Assembly: GCA_963771175.1 (NCBI GenBank) | Contig: CAVYSY010000021.1 | Coordinates: 96,001 to 160,000 of the forward strand | DNA length: 64,000 nt | From: an uncultured delta proteobacterium | GTDB taxonomy: Bacteria > Myxococcota > Myxococcia > Myxococcales > Myxococcaceae | Direction of reading: 5' to 3' | Notes under the pieces: model-generated | What the model saw: the letters and a program-made list of their open reading frames with translations, nothing else | Database searches by the model: none | Told to the model about the DNA's origin: nothing | Translations under genes and position numbers: made by a program | Shown here: in pieces, positions 46,371 through 56,688 of the stretch | Numbering within the stretch: the first letter of the stretch is position 1 | Layout of the letters: each line of letters begins with the position of its first letter

Positions 46371-48134
46371 TCAGGCGGCCACGGCGCCTTCGCCGAGGAG
46401 CTGGGCATAGCGCCCGCCCCGGGCGACGAGCTCCGTGTGGGTGCCGGCCTCCACCACCTGTCCGGCCTCCAGGACGACGATGAGGTCCGCGTCCCGCACC
46501 GTGGAGAGACGGTGGGCGATGACGAGCACCGTGCGGCCCTTCATCAGCGCCGCCAGGCCCGCGCTCACGGCGGCCTCGCTCTGGGCGTCCAGGGCACTGG
46601 TGGGCTCGTCCAGCAGCAGCACCGAGGGCCGGCGCAGGAAGGCCCTCGCCAGCACGAGGCGCTGCCGCTGCCCGCCGGACAGCCGCGCGCCGCGCTCGCC
46701 CACCGGCTCGTCGAGTCCACCCGGCAGGGCGCGCACGAAGTCCTCCCCATGGGCCAGCCGCAGCGCCTCCCACAGCTCCGCGTCGGTGGCCTCGGGCCGG
46801 GCCAGCAGCAGGTTGTGCCGCACGCTGCCGGAGAAGAGGATCGGCTCCTGGGGCACCCACGCCATCTGGGCCCGCACGCTCGAGGGCTTGAGCCGGGACA
46901 GCGGCGTGCCGTCCCATCGCACCGCGCCGCCGCTCGGGGGCACGAAGCCCAGCAGCACGGAGAAGAGCGTCGTCTTGCCCGCGCCCGAGGCCCCCACCAG
47001 CGCCACGCGGGCGCCCGCCGGCACCGTCACGTCCACCCCGCGCAGGGCCTCGCGGCCGTCCGGGTAGGTGGCGCGCACGCCCTCCAACTCCAGCGCGCGG
47101 GTGAGGGGCGGGGCCTCCTCGCCCTCGTCCGGGGGCACCGGCGCGTCCGCCAGCGCGAAGAGGCGCTCGGCGCTCACCAGTCCGGTAATCACCTGGGAGA
47201 GGGTGCCGCTGAGCGACTTCACCGGCTGGTAGAGCAGCAGGGCCGCGGCGATGAAGGAGAGCAGCCGCCCGGAGAGCGCCGGGTCCACCGACACCGCCCG
47301 AGCGCCCCAGGCCACCGCCACCGCCACGCCCAGAATCCCCATCACCTCCACCGTGGGGCTGTACGCACCGCGCAGGAAGAGCGAGCGGCGCATCTCCCCG
47401 AGGTAGCGCTCCGACTCGGCCTCGAAGGCCCCGAGGGCCCGCGGCGCGCCGCCATAGGCCTGGACGACGGGCAGGGCCTGCAACTGCTCCGCGGTGAGCG
47501 CGGTGAGGGCGCCGAGGCTCGTCTGCGAGCGGTTGGCCACCTTCTTCAGCGAGCGCGCGAAGCTGCGCACCGGCAGCACCGTGAGGGGCATCACCACGAA
47601 GGTGAGCAGGAAGAGCTTCGCGTCGATGAGGAAGCAGGTGGTGAGCAGCGCGAGGATTTGCAGCCCGTCCTTCACATAGGACGTGAGCGCCTGTGTCACC
47701 GCGAACTCCACCAGCGGCACGTCCGCGGTGAAGCGGGTGAGCAGCTCGCCCGAGTGCTGCCGCTCGAAGAAGGCCGGCGGCTGGGCGAGCAGCCGTGAGT
47801 AGAGGAAGCCGCGCAGGTCCGCCATCACCCGCTGTCCCAGCCGCTGCATCCATCCGCCCTGGAAGAAGGCCGCCGTGGCCTTCACCGCCGCCACCGCCAC
47901 CACCATCAGGGGCAGCAGGCCGAGCAGCCGCTCGCTCGGCAGGGTGAGGCCCGCGAGCTCCACCGGGGCGCCCGTGAGGACGGCGCGCAGCAGCGGCCCC
48001 ACCAACCAGGCGTAGGCGGAGGTGGCGACAGCGGTCACCAGCGAGGCCCCCACGCCCGCGACGAGCAGGCGTCGATAGGGACGGAGGTAGCCCAGCAGGC
48101 GGAGGTAGACGTGCGAAGAAGGTCGGGGGGCCAC
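46371..48134 (-). CDS. ABC exporter, fused permease/ATPase (MsbA-like)
   Basis: TM domain; GASGAGKT, LSGGQRQR, LLLDEPTSALD and IAHRLSTV motifs. Start uncertain. Confidence 0.93.
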   Translation of the reverse strand: MAPRPSSHVYLRLLGYLRPYRRLLVAGVGASLVTAVATSAYAWLVGPLLRAVLTGAPVELAGLTLPSERLLGLLPLMVVAVAAVKATAAFFQGGWMQRLGQRVMADLRGFLYSRLLAQPPAFFERQHSGELLTRFTADVPLVEFAVTQALTSYVKDGLQILALLTTCFLIDAKLFLLTFVVMPLTVLPVRSFARSLKKVANRSQTSLGALTALTAEQLQALPVVQAYGGAPRALGAFEAESERYLGEMRRSLFLRGAYSPTVEVMGILGVAVAVAWGARAVSVDPALSGRLLSFIAAALLLYQPVKSLSGTLSQVITGLVSAERLFALADAPVPPDEGEEAPPLTRALELEGVRATYPDGREALRGVDVTVPAGARVALVGASGAGKTTLFSVLLGFVPPSGGAVRWDGTPLSRLKPSSVRAQMAWVPQEPILFSGSVRHNLLLARPEATDAELWEALRLAHGEDFVRALPGGLDEPVGERGARLSGGQRQRLVLARAFLRRPSVLLLDEPTSALDAQSEAAVSAGLAALMKGRTVLVIAHRLSTVRDADLIVVLEAGQVVEAGTHTELVARGGRYAQLLGEGAVAA

Positions 48135-48273
48135 GGCGGAGCGCGCACTTTCGCACCCTGCTCGCTGTACGGCAAAGCCTCTCGCTTCCCTGGCCGCTCT
48201 ACGGCCCACCGATTACCGGGCCCTGGCCCTTTCATTGCTCCGCCGGGAAGCGGCGGTCAGCTTTCCCCTAGCC

Positions 48274-48717
48274 ATGGACACACACAACACTGGGAAAGAG
48301 GCGCTGTTCAGTCCGGGCTGTGAGCCGGTGGTGGAGGAAGAAGAGCGCCGTCGGCTCCTGTGGCTGATGGCGGAGTACTTCCGAACCATCGGCTGCACGG
48401 ACATCAAGGCCCGACTGCCCGGATTCATGCCCCCGCCCGTCCTCTCGGGCACCATCGAGGACCACCGGCCGGATTTCACCTGCCGTCAGTCTGACTCGGC
48501 ACGGACTCCCATCATCCTGGAGATCGTCACTCCGGGCCTGGTGGAAGACACCGGCACGGAGAACCGCTGGAGCCTGCTGTCCAGCGCCGCGAAGCTCTAC
48601 AACGCGGAGCTGCACTTCGTCGTCCCCAAGTGGGCGCCCAGGGGAGCGGTGGACTCCGTGCTCAAGCGGCGGCTCGCCCGCATGGAGCTGACGGCCAACC
48701 GCGTCTGGACGGTCTGA
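48274..48717 (+). CDS. Hypothetical protein, possible PD-(D/E)XK-like fold
   Basis: HRPDFTC...IILEIVT, LHFVVP. Confidence 0.65.
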   Translation: MDTHNTGKEALFSPGCEPVVEEEERRRLLWLMAEYFRTIGCTDIKARLPGFMPPPVLSGTIEDHRPDFTCRQSDSARTPIILEIVTPGLVEDTGTENRWSLLSSAAKLYNAELHFVVPKWAPRGAVDSVLKRRLARMELTANRVWTV

Positions 48718-48777
48718 GCCTCCCGTTCTCGAGCATTCGACCCCAGGGCCCGCTCCGTTCATCGGGGCGGGCCCGGA

Positions 48778-48805
48778 TTGCCTGACCTCTCGCCTGCGTT
48801 ATAGT
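48778..48805 (+). promoter_or_regulatory. Sigma70-like promoter of dnaJ
   Basis: TTGCCT-N16-TATAGT, about 55 bp upstream of the dnaJ ATG. Confidence 0.5.
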
Positions 48806-48861
48806 GATTTCGAAGATTACGCGAGCGTAGAAAGTTCAATAAATCCAGGGGTTTGAACGCA

Positions 48862-49989
48862 ATGCCAGCGGCGGCGGGACAGAAGCGCGATTACTACGAG
48901 GTACTGGGGGTCCAGAAGAACGTCTCGGCGCAGGAGCTGAAGAGCGCGTTCCGCAAGGTCGCCCTGCAGTACCACCCGGACCGGAACCCCGGGGACTCGG
49001 CGGCCGAGGAGAAGTTCAAGGAGGCCTCCGAGGCCTATGAGGTGCTGAGCGATCCGGATCGCCGGGCGCGCTACGACCGCTTCGGTCACGCGGGCGTGGG
49101 CGGCGCCGCGGGAGGAGATCCGTTCGGCGGCTTCCAGGGCGTCAACATCAACGACATCTTCGGGGAAATCTTCGGAGACATCTTCGGTGGGCGGGGCGGC
49201 CGGGGCCGGGTGAGCAACCGGGGCTCGGACCTGCGCTTCAACCTGGAGATTTCCTTCGAGGAGGCGGCGTTCGGCTGCCGGCCGAAGGTGACGATTCCGC
49301 GCCCGAAGAAGTGCGAGGCGTGCACGGGCACGGGCAGCAAGAGCGGCACGGCGCCCAAGGCGTGCGGCACGTGCGGGGGCTCGGGCGAGCTGCGCTTCAC
49401 CCAGGGCTTCTTCGCGGTGTCGCGGCCGTGCACCGACTGCGGCGGCACGGGCGCGGTGGTGCCGGACCCGTGCAACAAGTGCCGGGGCTCGGGCAAGGTG
49501 GCGTCCGAGGAGGCCATCGAAATCAACATCCCGCCGGGCGTGGACAGCGGCACGCGGGTGCGGCTGGGCGGCCTGGGCGAGCCGGGTGACCGGGGTGGGC
49601 CTCCGGGTGACCTCTACGTGTCGGTCATCGTGCGCGAGCACCCGCTCTTCCAGCGCGAGGACTACGACGTCTTCTGCGAGGTGCCCATCTCGTTCGTCCA
49701 GGCGGCGCTGGGGGCGAAGATCGACGTGCCCACGCTGGACGGGAAGGTGAAGCTGCCCGTCCCCGAGGGCACGCAGTCGGGCAAGGTGTTCCGGCTGAGG
49801 GGCAAGGGCATTCCCCACCTGCACAGCGGGCAGCGCGGGGACCAGCACGTGCGCGTCATCGTGGAGACGCCCACGGGGCTGTCGTCGAAGCAGCGCGAGC
49901 TGCTCGAGAAGTTCGCCGAGGTGAGCGGCGAGGATGCGCACCCGCAGTCGAAGAACTTCTTCGACAAGGTGCGCGAGCTCTTCGGCTGA
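48862..49989 (+). CDS. dnaJ: Molecular chaperone DnaJ
   Basis: [13 protein letters not shown] region, four CxxCxGxG zinc repeats and C-terminal domain. Confidence 0.97.
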   Translation: MPAAAGQKRDYYEVLGVQKNVSAQELKSAFRKVALQYHPDRNPGDSAAEEKFKEASEAYEVLSDPDRRARYDRFGHAGVGGAAGGDPFGGFQGVNINDIFGEIFGDIFGGRGGRGRVSNRGSDLRFNLEISFEEAAFGCRPKVTIPRPKKCEACTGTGSKSGTAPKACGTCGGSGELRFTQGFFAVSRPCTDCGGTGAVVPDPCNKCRGSGKVASEEAIEINIPPGVDSGTRVRLGGLGEPGDRGGPPGDLYVSVIVREHPLFQREDYDVFCEVPISFVQAALGAKIDVPTLDGKVKLPVPEGTQSGKVFRLRGKGIPHLHSGQRGDQHVRVIVETPTGLSSKQRELLEKFAEVSGEDAHPQSKNFFDKVRELFG

Positions 49990-50334
49990 GCGGGTCCTGC
50001 TGAACCAGGTTTCCCTCCTCATCAGAGGGCCGGGGTGTGGGTCCATGGACTCCACCCGCGGCCCTCTTCAATTTTCTGATCCAGCGGAACGCGGGGCCCA
50101 CCCGGACACCGGAGTGAAGGGGCATGTGCCGCCACCTCCCCCCGTGCCGCAGAGGGCCCCACCCTCCCGGAAGTTGGAGCCGAATGACGGGCGGTGAACG
50201 GCTCGGGGGCGTGGCGCGTCCTCCGAGTGCCCTCGGGTGGACGTTCATCACGTCCGGCGGCGAAGAGCACTCACCAATGCGCCCCCCCGTGCCCATACCG
50301 AGCACGCAACCAGGGAGATGGGGGAGGTGCCGGC

Positions 50335-53300
50335 ATGGCCACATACCGACTCATCCGCAAGATCGCGGCAGGCGGAATGGCGGAGGTGTTCCTGGCCAAG
50401 GTGGTCGGGGCCGAGGGCTTCGAGAAGCCAGTCGCCGTCAAGCGCGTGCTGCCGTCGATGGTGCAGGACCGGGAGTTCGTGGAGCTCTTCCTGCGCGAGG
50501 CCAAGCTGACGGTGTGCCTGCAGCACGCCAACGTGGTGCAGGTGTTCGACCTGGGCGCCCTCAACGGCCAGTACTACATGGTGATGGAGTTCGTGGACGG
50601 GGAGAACCTCCGGGCCGTGCAGCGCGGCGCGGCGTCCCACCAGGTGGCGCTGGGGCTGCGCGAGGTGTGCTTCATCGTCCAGCAGGTGACGGAGGGCCTG
50701 GCGTACGCGCACGGGCGCTCGGACGCCGCGGGCCGGCCGCTCAACATCATCCACCGCGACGTCAACCCGTCCAACGTGATGGTGGCCAGCAGCGGCGAGG
50801 TGAAGCTGGCGGACTTCGGCATCGCCAAGGCGGCCAACGCGCAGAACGCCACCCAGGTGGGCGTGGTGAAGGGCAAGGCGGGCTACCTCGCGCCGGAGCA
50901 GGTGAAGGGCCTGGAGGTGGACCAGCGCGCGGACCTCTTCCTCATCGGCTTGATGCTGTACGAGCTGCTCGCCGGCAAGCAGCTCTTCGGCGGCTCGGAC
51001 TACTTCGCCACGCTGCGCAACATCGCCCAGTTCGACGTGAAGAGCCTCGCGCCGGTGCCGGGGGTGCCTCCGGCGCTCTGGGGCATCGTCACCCGGGCGC
51101 TGGCGGAGAACCCCACGGCGCGCTTCCAGCGGGCGCGCGACATCTCGGACGCGCTGCAGAACTTCCTCTTCGACCACCGGCTGCGCGTGGGCCCGCAGGA
51201 CGTGGCGGCCCTCTTCGCTCGCTGCTTCCCCGAGCGCCGCTCGCCGCTGGAGGGCGAGAGCGAGGTGCGGGGCGAGGAGATCCACCTCGGCTCGGACGCG
51301 GGGCTGCAGCGCCCGCAGACGCTCACCTCGGTGCGCTCGCGCCCGCCGTTCCCCGGGGGAACCCGTCCGGGCACGCCCTCGATGCGCGTGAGGGCCCTGA
51401 CGGACCCGGGCCGGATGCAGCCTCCGCCTCCGCCGCCGGCGACGTCCCTGACCATGCAGGTGCCTCCGCCTCCGGGCGGGCGCGCGGTGACGCAGGCGGG
51501 CGTGGGCTCCGCCGCCACCATGACGGTGCCTCCGCCTCCGAGCGCGCGCGTGGCGTCAGGGGGGGCCTCCTCCATCGCCATGCCGGTGCCCACGCGCGTG
51601 ATGCGTGCGCCGCGCCGCAAGCTGGGCGAGATGCTGGTGGCCGCCGGCAAGCTGTCGGAGACGCAGCTCAAGGGCGCGCTGGAGCGGCAGAAGCGCACCG
51701 GCGGGCGCATTGGCGAGCTGCTCGTCGCCGAGGGCCTCATCACCGAGGAGGACGTGGTCCGGATGCTGAGCGAGCAGGGCGGCATCCCCTTCGTCTCGGA
51801 CAAGGTGCTGCGCACGATGCCGGTGCCCAAGGCGCTGCTGCCGCTGCTGCCGCTGGAGAAGGCCGAACGGCTCGAGACGGTGCCGGTGGCCCAGCAGGGC
51901 AAGGAGCTGGTGTGCGCCATGCGCGAGCCGCGCGACCTGGCCCGGCTGGACGAGCTGAAGTTCGTCACCGGCAGCCCCGTGCGCGGCATCTATGCCACCG
52001 AGGGCGCCATCCGCCGCGCCATCGGCCGCTTCTACCGGGGGGATGACCCGGACCAGCTGGACGACTGGTCCAACTCCATGCCGCTGGCGGGCTCGGAGTC
52101 GGAGGCGGGCGTCACGCCCTACGCCGACAAGCACACCCGCACGCGCGAGCGACTGCTGGACGAGTCCGCCTTCGAGGAGGTGAAGGCCGTCCCCTCGCCG
52201 CCGCCCGCGCCTCCGCCGCCCGTTCCCGAGCCGGCCCCCGCGCCGCCTCTGACGCTCGCGCCCGCCTCGCTGGCGCGCACCATGCTGGTGGTGACCGACG
52301 ACGTGGAGCTGCGGGACGCGGCGGTGCGGCTGCTCACGCGCCAGGGCGTGGCGGCCTCGGGCAGCAGCGCGGCGGACGTGGAGAAGGCCGTGGCCCTCGG
52401 GGGCACCGAGGTGGCGCTGGTGGCCGCGGACACCATCCCGGATGCACCGGCGGTGGTGGCGCGGTTGATGACGGTGGCGCCCTCCCTGGAGGTGCGCGTG
52501 CTGCCCTCGCTGGCCGAGGCGCTCGGCGGCGAGGCCGGTCCGTTGAGCCGCGCGGCGCGGCTGCACGCGCGGGTGGTGGATGCGGCGCTCGCGGAGCTGG
52601 GCGGGGTGGGAGTGCAGGGCGCCTCGCTCGCCAAGTTGGCCCGGCGCGTGGCGCGCAGGTTGGGCGCGGGGCGCACGGAGGCCGAGCGGGCCTCGGCGGT
52701 GGCCTATGCCCTGGCGCTCGCGGCCTTCCAGGAATCGGAGGAGCGCTTCATCCGTCCCTCGTGCGAGGCGATGCGCGCCATCCTGGGCCGTGACGCGGGC
52801 GAGCTGGCCGACCTCATCGGCGCCTGCACGCGCGACGCTCCGCCGCCGTCCGAGAAGAGCAGCCGGGACACGCTGGCCCTGGCCGCGGCGGTGGCGCTGC
52901 TCGAGGTGGCGGGGACGGCCTCGCCCGCGGCGTCGACCGCGTCTCAGTCGCTCGTCAAGCTGCGCGCCGAGGGGAAGCTTCCCGCGGCGGCCCTGGAAGC
53001 CCTCTCCGCGGAGGTGATGGAGCTGGTGCTGGGCGATGGCATTTCGCACACGGTGGTGCTCGCCGAGCCCAACGCGGCGCGGGCCGCGGCCCTCCAGGCG
53101 CGCTTCCTCGCGGATGGGGTGCGGGTGGTGCTCGCCGACTCCGTGGCCCGGGTGCGCGTGCTGCTCTCGCAGGGCAGTCAGGCGCTGGTGGTGGCCTCGC
53201 GGCTGCCGGACGGAGATGGCGCCGGGCTCACGCGCTCGCTGCGCTCCGCGGCGGATACCGCCTCGCTGCCCATCTTCGTGCTGGCGCCTCCGGAGGACCC

Positions 53301-53463
53301 CGGGTTGGTGGAGGCCGGGCTGGATGCCGGCGCGGATGACGTCCTCACGTACCCGGTCAATCCAGACGTGCTGGTGGCCAAGCTGCGCCGTTCCCTGCAG
53401 CCGCGCCGGGTCACGGCGACCCCAGCAGCGGTCGTGATGACCCCAGCCTCCGTGAGCGCCTGA
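50335..53463 (+). CDS. Ser/Thr protein kinase with MshEN (GspE-N) domain and receiver-like domains
   Basis: IAAGGMAEV, HRDVNPSN, DFG and APE motifs; KLGEMLVAAGKL...ALERQ / RIGELLVAEGLI...MLSEQ; C-terminal receiver-like LDAGADDVLTYP. Confidence 0.9.
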   Translation: MATYRLIRKIAAGGMAEVFLAKVVGAEGFEKPVAVKRVLPSMVQDREFVELFLREAKLTVCLQHANVVQVFDLGALNGQYYMVMEFVDGENLRAVQRGAASHQVALGLREVCFIVQQVTEGLAYAHGRSDAAGRPLNIIHRDVNPSNVMVASSGEVKLADFGIAKAANAQNATQVGVVKGKAGYLAPEQVKGLEVDQRADLFLIGLMLYELLAGKQLFGGSDYFATLRNIAQFDVKSLAPVPGVPPALWGIVTRALAENPTARFQRARDISDALQNFLFDHRLRVGPQDVAALFARCFPERRSPLEGESEVRGEEIHLGSDAGLQRPQTLTSVRSRPPFPGGTRPGTPSMRVRALTDPGRMQPPPPPPATSLTMQVPPPPGGRAVTQAGVGSAATMTVPPPPSARVASGGASSIAMPVPTRVMRAPRRKLGEMLVAAGKLSETQLKGALERQKRTGGRIGELLVAEGLITEEDVVRMLSEQGGIPFVSDKVLRTMPVPKALLPLLPLEKAERLETVPVAQQGKELVCAMREPRDLARLDELKFVTGSPVRGIYATEGAIRRAIGRFYRGDDPDQLDDWSNSMPLAGSESEAGVTPYADKHTRTRERLLDESAFEEVKAVPSPPPAPPPPVPEPAPAPPLTLAPASLARTMLVVTDDVELRDAAVRLLTRQGVAASGSSAADVEKAVALGGTEVALVAADTIPDAPAVVARLMTVAPSLEVRVLPSLAEALGGEAGPLSRAARLHARVVDAALAELGGVGVQGASLAKLARRVARRLGAGRTEAERASAVAYALALAAFQESEERFIRPSCEAMRAILGRDAGELADLIGACTRDAPPPSEKSSRDTLALAAAVALLEVAGTASPAASTASQSLVKLRAEGKLPAAALEALSAEVMELVLGDGISHTVVLAEPNAARAAALQARFLADGVRVVLADSVARVRVLLSQGSQALVVASRLPDGDGAGLTRSLRSAADTASLPIFVLAPPEDPGLVEAGLDAGADDVLTYPVNPDVLVAKLRRSLQPRRVTATPAAVVMTPASVSA

Positions 53464-53772
53464 GGTTCGATGTCTGGCGTCTGCTTTTGACCGCCGCGGT
53501 GCTCCGTGTAGAGAATTCCTCTCAGCGTGCGGGGAGAGTCAGGAAATGTCCTGGCTCTCCTCGAAGCGCTGACTTCACTCCCTCCTCGCTGCTTTCCCGC
53601 TATTCGCAACTCGATCGCTCGGCTCGTGCGAGCTGTCGCGGTGGTGCGACCACCGCTCATAGACTGCCACACGAGATAAGCTTTATGTATTGAGCAAATG
53701 AGTCGCCGCGGGGGAGGGCATGCCGTTCTGCATGGAACGGAGCGCCCCCCCTGCGTCTTCAGAGGAGGAGAT

Positions 53773-55546
53773 ATGCGGAACGGTCTCGCTGGAACGCTCA
53801 TCACCTCGGGACGTGAGCGGCTGACAGCGCTCGCGAGAGTGCTGGGCTTCGACGCGTCATCCACCCGGGCGATGCAGGAAGTCTTTCTCACCCTCGCATC
53901 GAGCTGGCGAGACCTGCCAGCCGGTGGTGCTCCTCCCTGGCCCTCGGACGTGTGTGACGACCACTCGCCCTTCGAGCTGTCCATCGCGCTCGACGCCGAG
54001 GGGCCGCAGCTTCGCGTGCTGGTGGAGCCGATGGACGCGTCGCCCTCGCTCCACTCCAACCGGGCCGCGAGCCTGCGCCTGCACGAGGAGCTCGAGCGCA
54101 CCCAGGGCATCAACGTCGAGCGGCTGCGCGCGCTGGAGTCGCTGCTGATGCCGGAGGATGCGCAGGGCCGGTTCGTCGCGTGGCACGCGGCGGCGTTCAG
54201 CCCGGGGCAGCCGGTGGACTTCAAGGTGTACTTCAACCTGCTGGCCCACGGCGCGGGTCGCGCGGCCCCGCTCACCCAGGAGGCGCTGGACCGGATTGGC
54301 TTCCACAAGGCCTGGTCCACGGTGGCCGAGGTGCTGGGACGCCGCGAGGAGGGACTGGACCAGGTCGTCTACTTCGCGCTCGACCTGTCCTCCCGCGGCG
54401 AGGCGCGGGCGAAGCTCTACTTGCGCCATCTCCAGCCGACCGCGGCTTTCCTCGAGGAGGTGTGCGCGGTGGCTCGCCACCACCAGCCGGGAGTCGTCTC
54501 CGAGTTCTGCCGCCAGATGGCTGGCGGCGACGAGGGCCCCTACATTGGCAAGGGACCGGTGACCTGCTTCAGCTTCACGGACCCGTCGGATGCTCGACCC
54601 AAGGCGGTGACGGCCTACTTCCCCGTGTCGCACTACGCGCGCGACGACCAGGAGATCCGCCAGCGGCTCACCGACTACCTGAAGGAGCAGGACCTCGCCA
54701 CGGCCCCCTACCTGGCGGCGCTCGAGGCCTGTGCTCGCCGTCCGCTGGAGGCGGGCGCGGGCATCCAAACCTATGCCGCGGTGCGGTGGCAGGGAAAGCC
54801 CCGCGTCACCGTGTACTTCTCGCCGGAGACCTACGGGATGATGGAGCAGCGGAGCGAGGCCCCCATGACGCAGGAGACCCGGCCGGCGACAGGGATTGTC
54901 GACCACTTCGAGGCGCACTCCCTCTCGGACCATCCGTTCTTCGCGCGGATGCGCCACGAGCCGGTGCGGCTGGAGGTGCTGGCGCGCGTGCTGGCCAACT
55001 TCCGCGTGGGCATCACCCGGGAGTTCCCGCGCCGGCTGGCGTGGCTCACCGCGCGCGTGGGGGATGAGCGCATCCGCAGCGTGCTGGCCAAGCAGCTCAA
55101 CGACGAGCTGGGCGATGGGGACTTCACTCGCGCCCACCGGGGGCTCTTCGAGCGCATGTTCGAGGTACTCGCGCCCTGGGCTCCGCCGGGGACGGAGGAG
55201 ATGCTCGCACCGGGCTTCGCGCTCGGAGAGGGAGCTGGAGCGCTGCTACGTGACGGCCGAGCCGTACGAGGGCGTGGGCGCGAGCCTCGTGGTCGAGGTC
55301 TACGGCAAGCAGGTGGACACGATCATCGCGGAGCAGTTCCGCCGCCAGACGGAGATTCCCCCCTCGGCCCTCGAGTGGCTGCACCTGCACGAGACCCTGG
55401 AGGTGGAGCACGCCGGGGAGGCGATGGACATCGCGCGGCTCATCCCCTCCGGCCCGGGCAGCGAGGCCGCATGGCGCGGGGCGAAGGCCGTCGCCATCGC
55501 GTCTCGTGCCTTCTTCGACGCCCTCTACCGCCAGTGCTACCCATGA
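53773..55546 (+). CDS. DMATS-type (ABBA) aromatic prenyltransferase fused to a heme-oxygenase-like diiron (CADD/PqqC-like) domain; one frameshift near 55230
   Basis: AGGAGG RBS. Prenyltransferase: WPSDVCDDHSPFELS, LRVLVEP, FKVYFN, YFALDL...RAKLY, RVTVYFSP. Diiron domain: HPFF...NDELG...AH...VVEV...HLHETLEVEH, ending in an ATGA overlap with the next gene. Confidence 0.8.
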
Positions 55547-56688
55547 GCGCTCTCGACTTCGGCGCGCTGCGCGCCCGCTTCCCCATCTTCTCCGAGCGCA
55601 CCTACTTCGCCACGCAGTGCCTCGGCCCCATGCCCGCCGAGGCGTATGCGGACCTGTTCGAGTACGCCCGGACGCTGGGGCTGCGCAATCGCTCCATTCC
55701 GCTGTGGCTCGAGCGCATGGCCGAGCTCATCGGCCTGCTGGAGCAGTTGCTCGGCGCGGAGTCGGGCTCGGTGGCGCTTCGGGAGAGTGCCACCGCGGCA
55801 CAGGCGGCCATCGCCTCCGCGGTGACGCCCCGGCCGGAGCGCAACCGCATCCTCTACAGCGCCATCGACTTCCACTCCTCGCGCTACCTGTGGTCCGCGC
55901 AGGCGCGGCGCGGCTTCTCCGTCGAGGAACTGCGGCCCGAGGACGGGGTGTCGCTGCGGCCCGAGGACGTGCTCCGGCACCTGGACGAGCGGGTGGCCAT
56001 CGTGGCGCTGTCGCTGGTGTCGCCGCGCACCGGGGCGCTCCTGGATGTCGTCCCGGTGGTGAAGGCGGCGCATGACGCGGGGGCCCTCGTGGTGCTCGAT
56101 GCGTATCAGGCCGTGGGCGTGGTGCCCGTGGACGTGCGGCGGCTCGGAGCGGACGTCGTGGTCGGTGGCACCCACAAGTGGCTGGGCGGAGGCGGCACCG
56201 GGCTCGCCTTCCTGTACGTGCGGCCCTCGCTGGCCGAGCGGCTCCAGCCGGCCTACCCGGGGTGGATTGGCCACCGGGAGATGGTCGGGTTCGCGGAGCG
56301 CTACGAGCCCGCACCGGGAGGCGCGCGCTTCCAGCAGGGGACGCCCGCCATGGAGCCCATCTACACGGCGCGCGCGGGCCTGCGCTTCGTGCTGGAGACG
56401 GGCGTGGAGCGGCTGCGGGCGCGCAACGTGGCGCTCACCACCCGGATGATGGCCCGGGCGCTCGACGCGGGGCTCTCGGTGAAGACGCCGCACGAGCCCG
56501 AGCGGCGCGGCGGGATGCTCTGCTTCGACATGGAGGACGGCTCCTCGGTCGTCGAGCGGATGGCGGCGCTCGGCATCGACATCGACACCCGGCCGGGCGC
56601 GGGCATCCGCGTCTCGCCCCATCCCTGCAACACGGAGCAGGAGTGCGACCGCGTCATCGACGAGCTCGCGCGCCTGACACGGCGATGA
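55543..56688 (+). CDS. Class V PLP-dependent enzyme, kynureninase-like
   Basis: LRARFP...YFATQCLGPMP, VLDAYQAVG, GGTHKWLGGG (PLP Lys), PGWIGH, RFQQGTP, RRGG and IRVSPH motifs. Confidence 0.82.
   Translation: MSALDFGALRARFPIFSERTYFATQCLGPMPAEAYADLFEYARTLGLRNRSIPLWLERMAELIGLLEQLLGAESGSVALRESATAAQAAIASAVTPRPERNRILYSAIDFHSSRYLWSAQARRGFSVEELRPEDGVSLRPEDVLRHLDERVAIVALSLVSPRTGALLDVVPVVKAAHDAGALVVLDAYQAVGVVPVDVRRLGADVVVGGTHKWLGGGGTGLAFLYVRPSLAERLQPAYPGWIGHREMVGFAERYEPAPGGARFQQGTPAMEPIYTARAGLRFVLETGVERLRARNVALTTRMMARALDAGLSVKTPHEPERRGGMLCFDMEDGSSVVERMAALGIDIDTRPGAGIRVSPHPCNTEQECDRVIDELARLTRR

Noticed and set aside
51400..52260. Repeated CCTCCGCC motifs as a CRISPR or tandem repeat array
   Set aside because: They encode poly-Pro linkers inside the kinase ORF, with no constant repeat-spacer period and no cas genes.
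53698..56688. 996-aa ORF as a prenyltransferase-HDO-PLP triple fusion
   Set aside because: The stretch 55230-55543 in that frame is junk-like (GAGALLRDGRAVRGRG...). The alternative frame supplies the missing iron ligands and ends in an ATGA overlap, so two genes plus one indel is the better reading.
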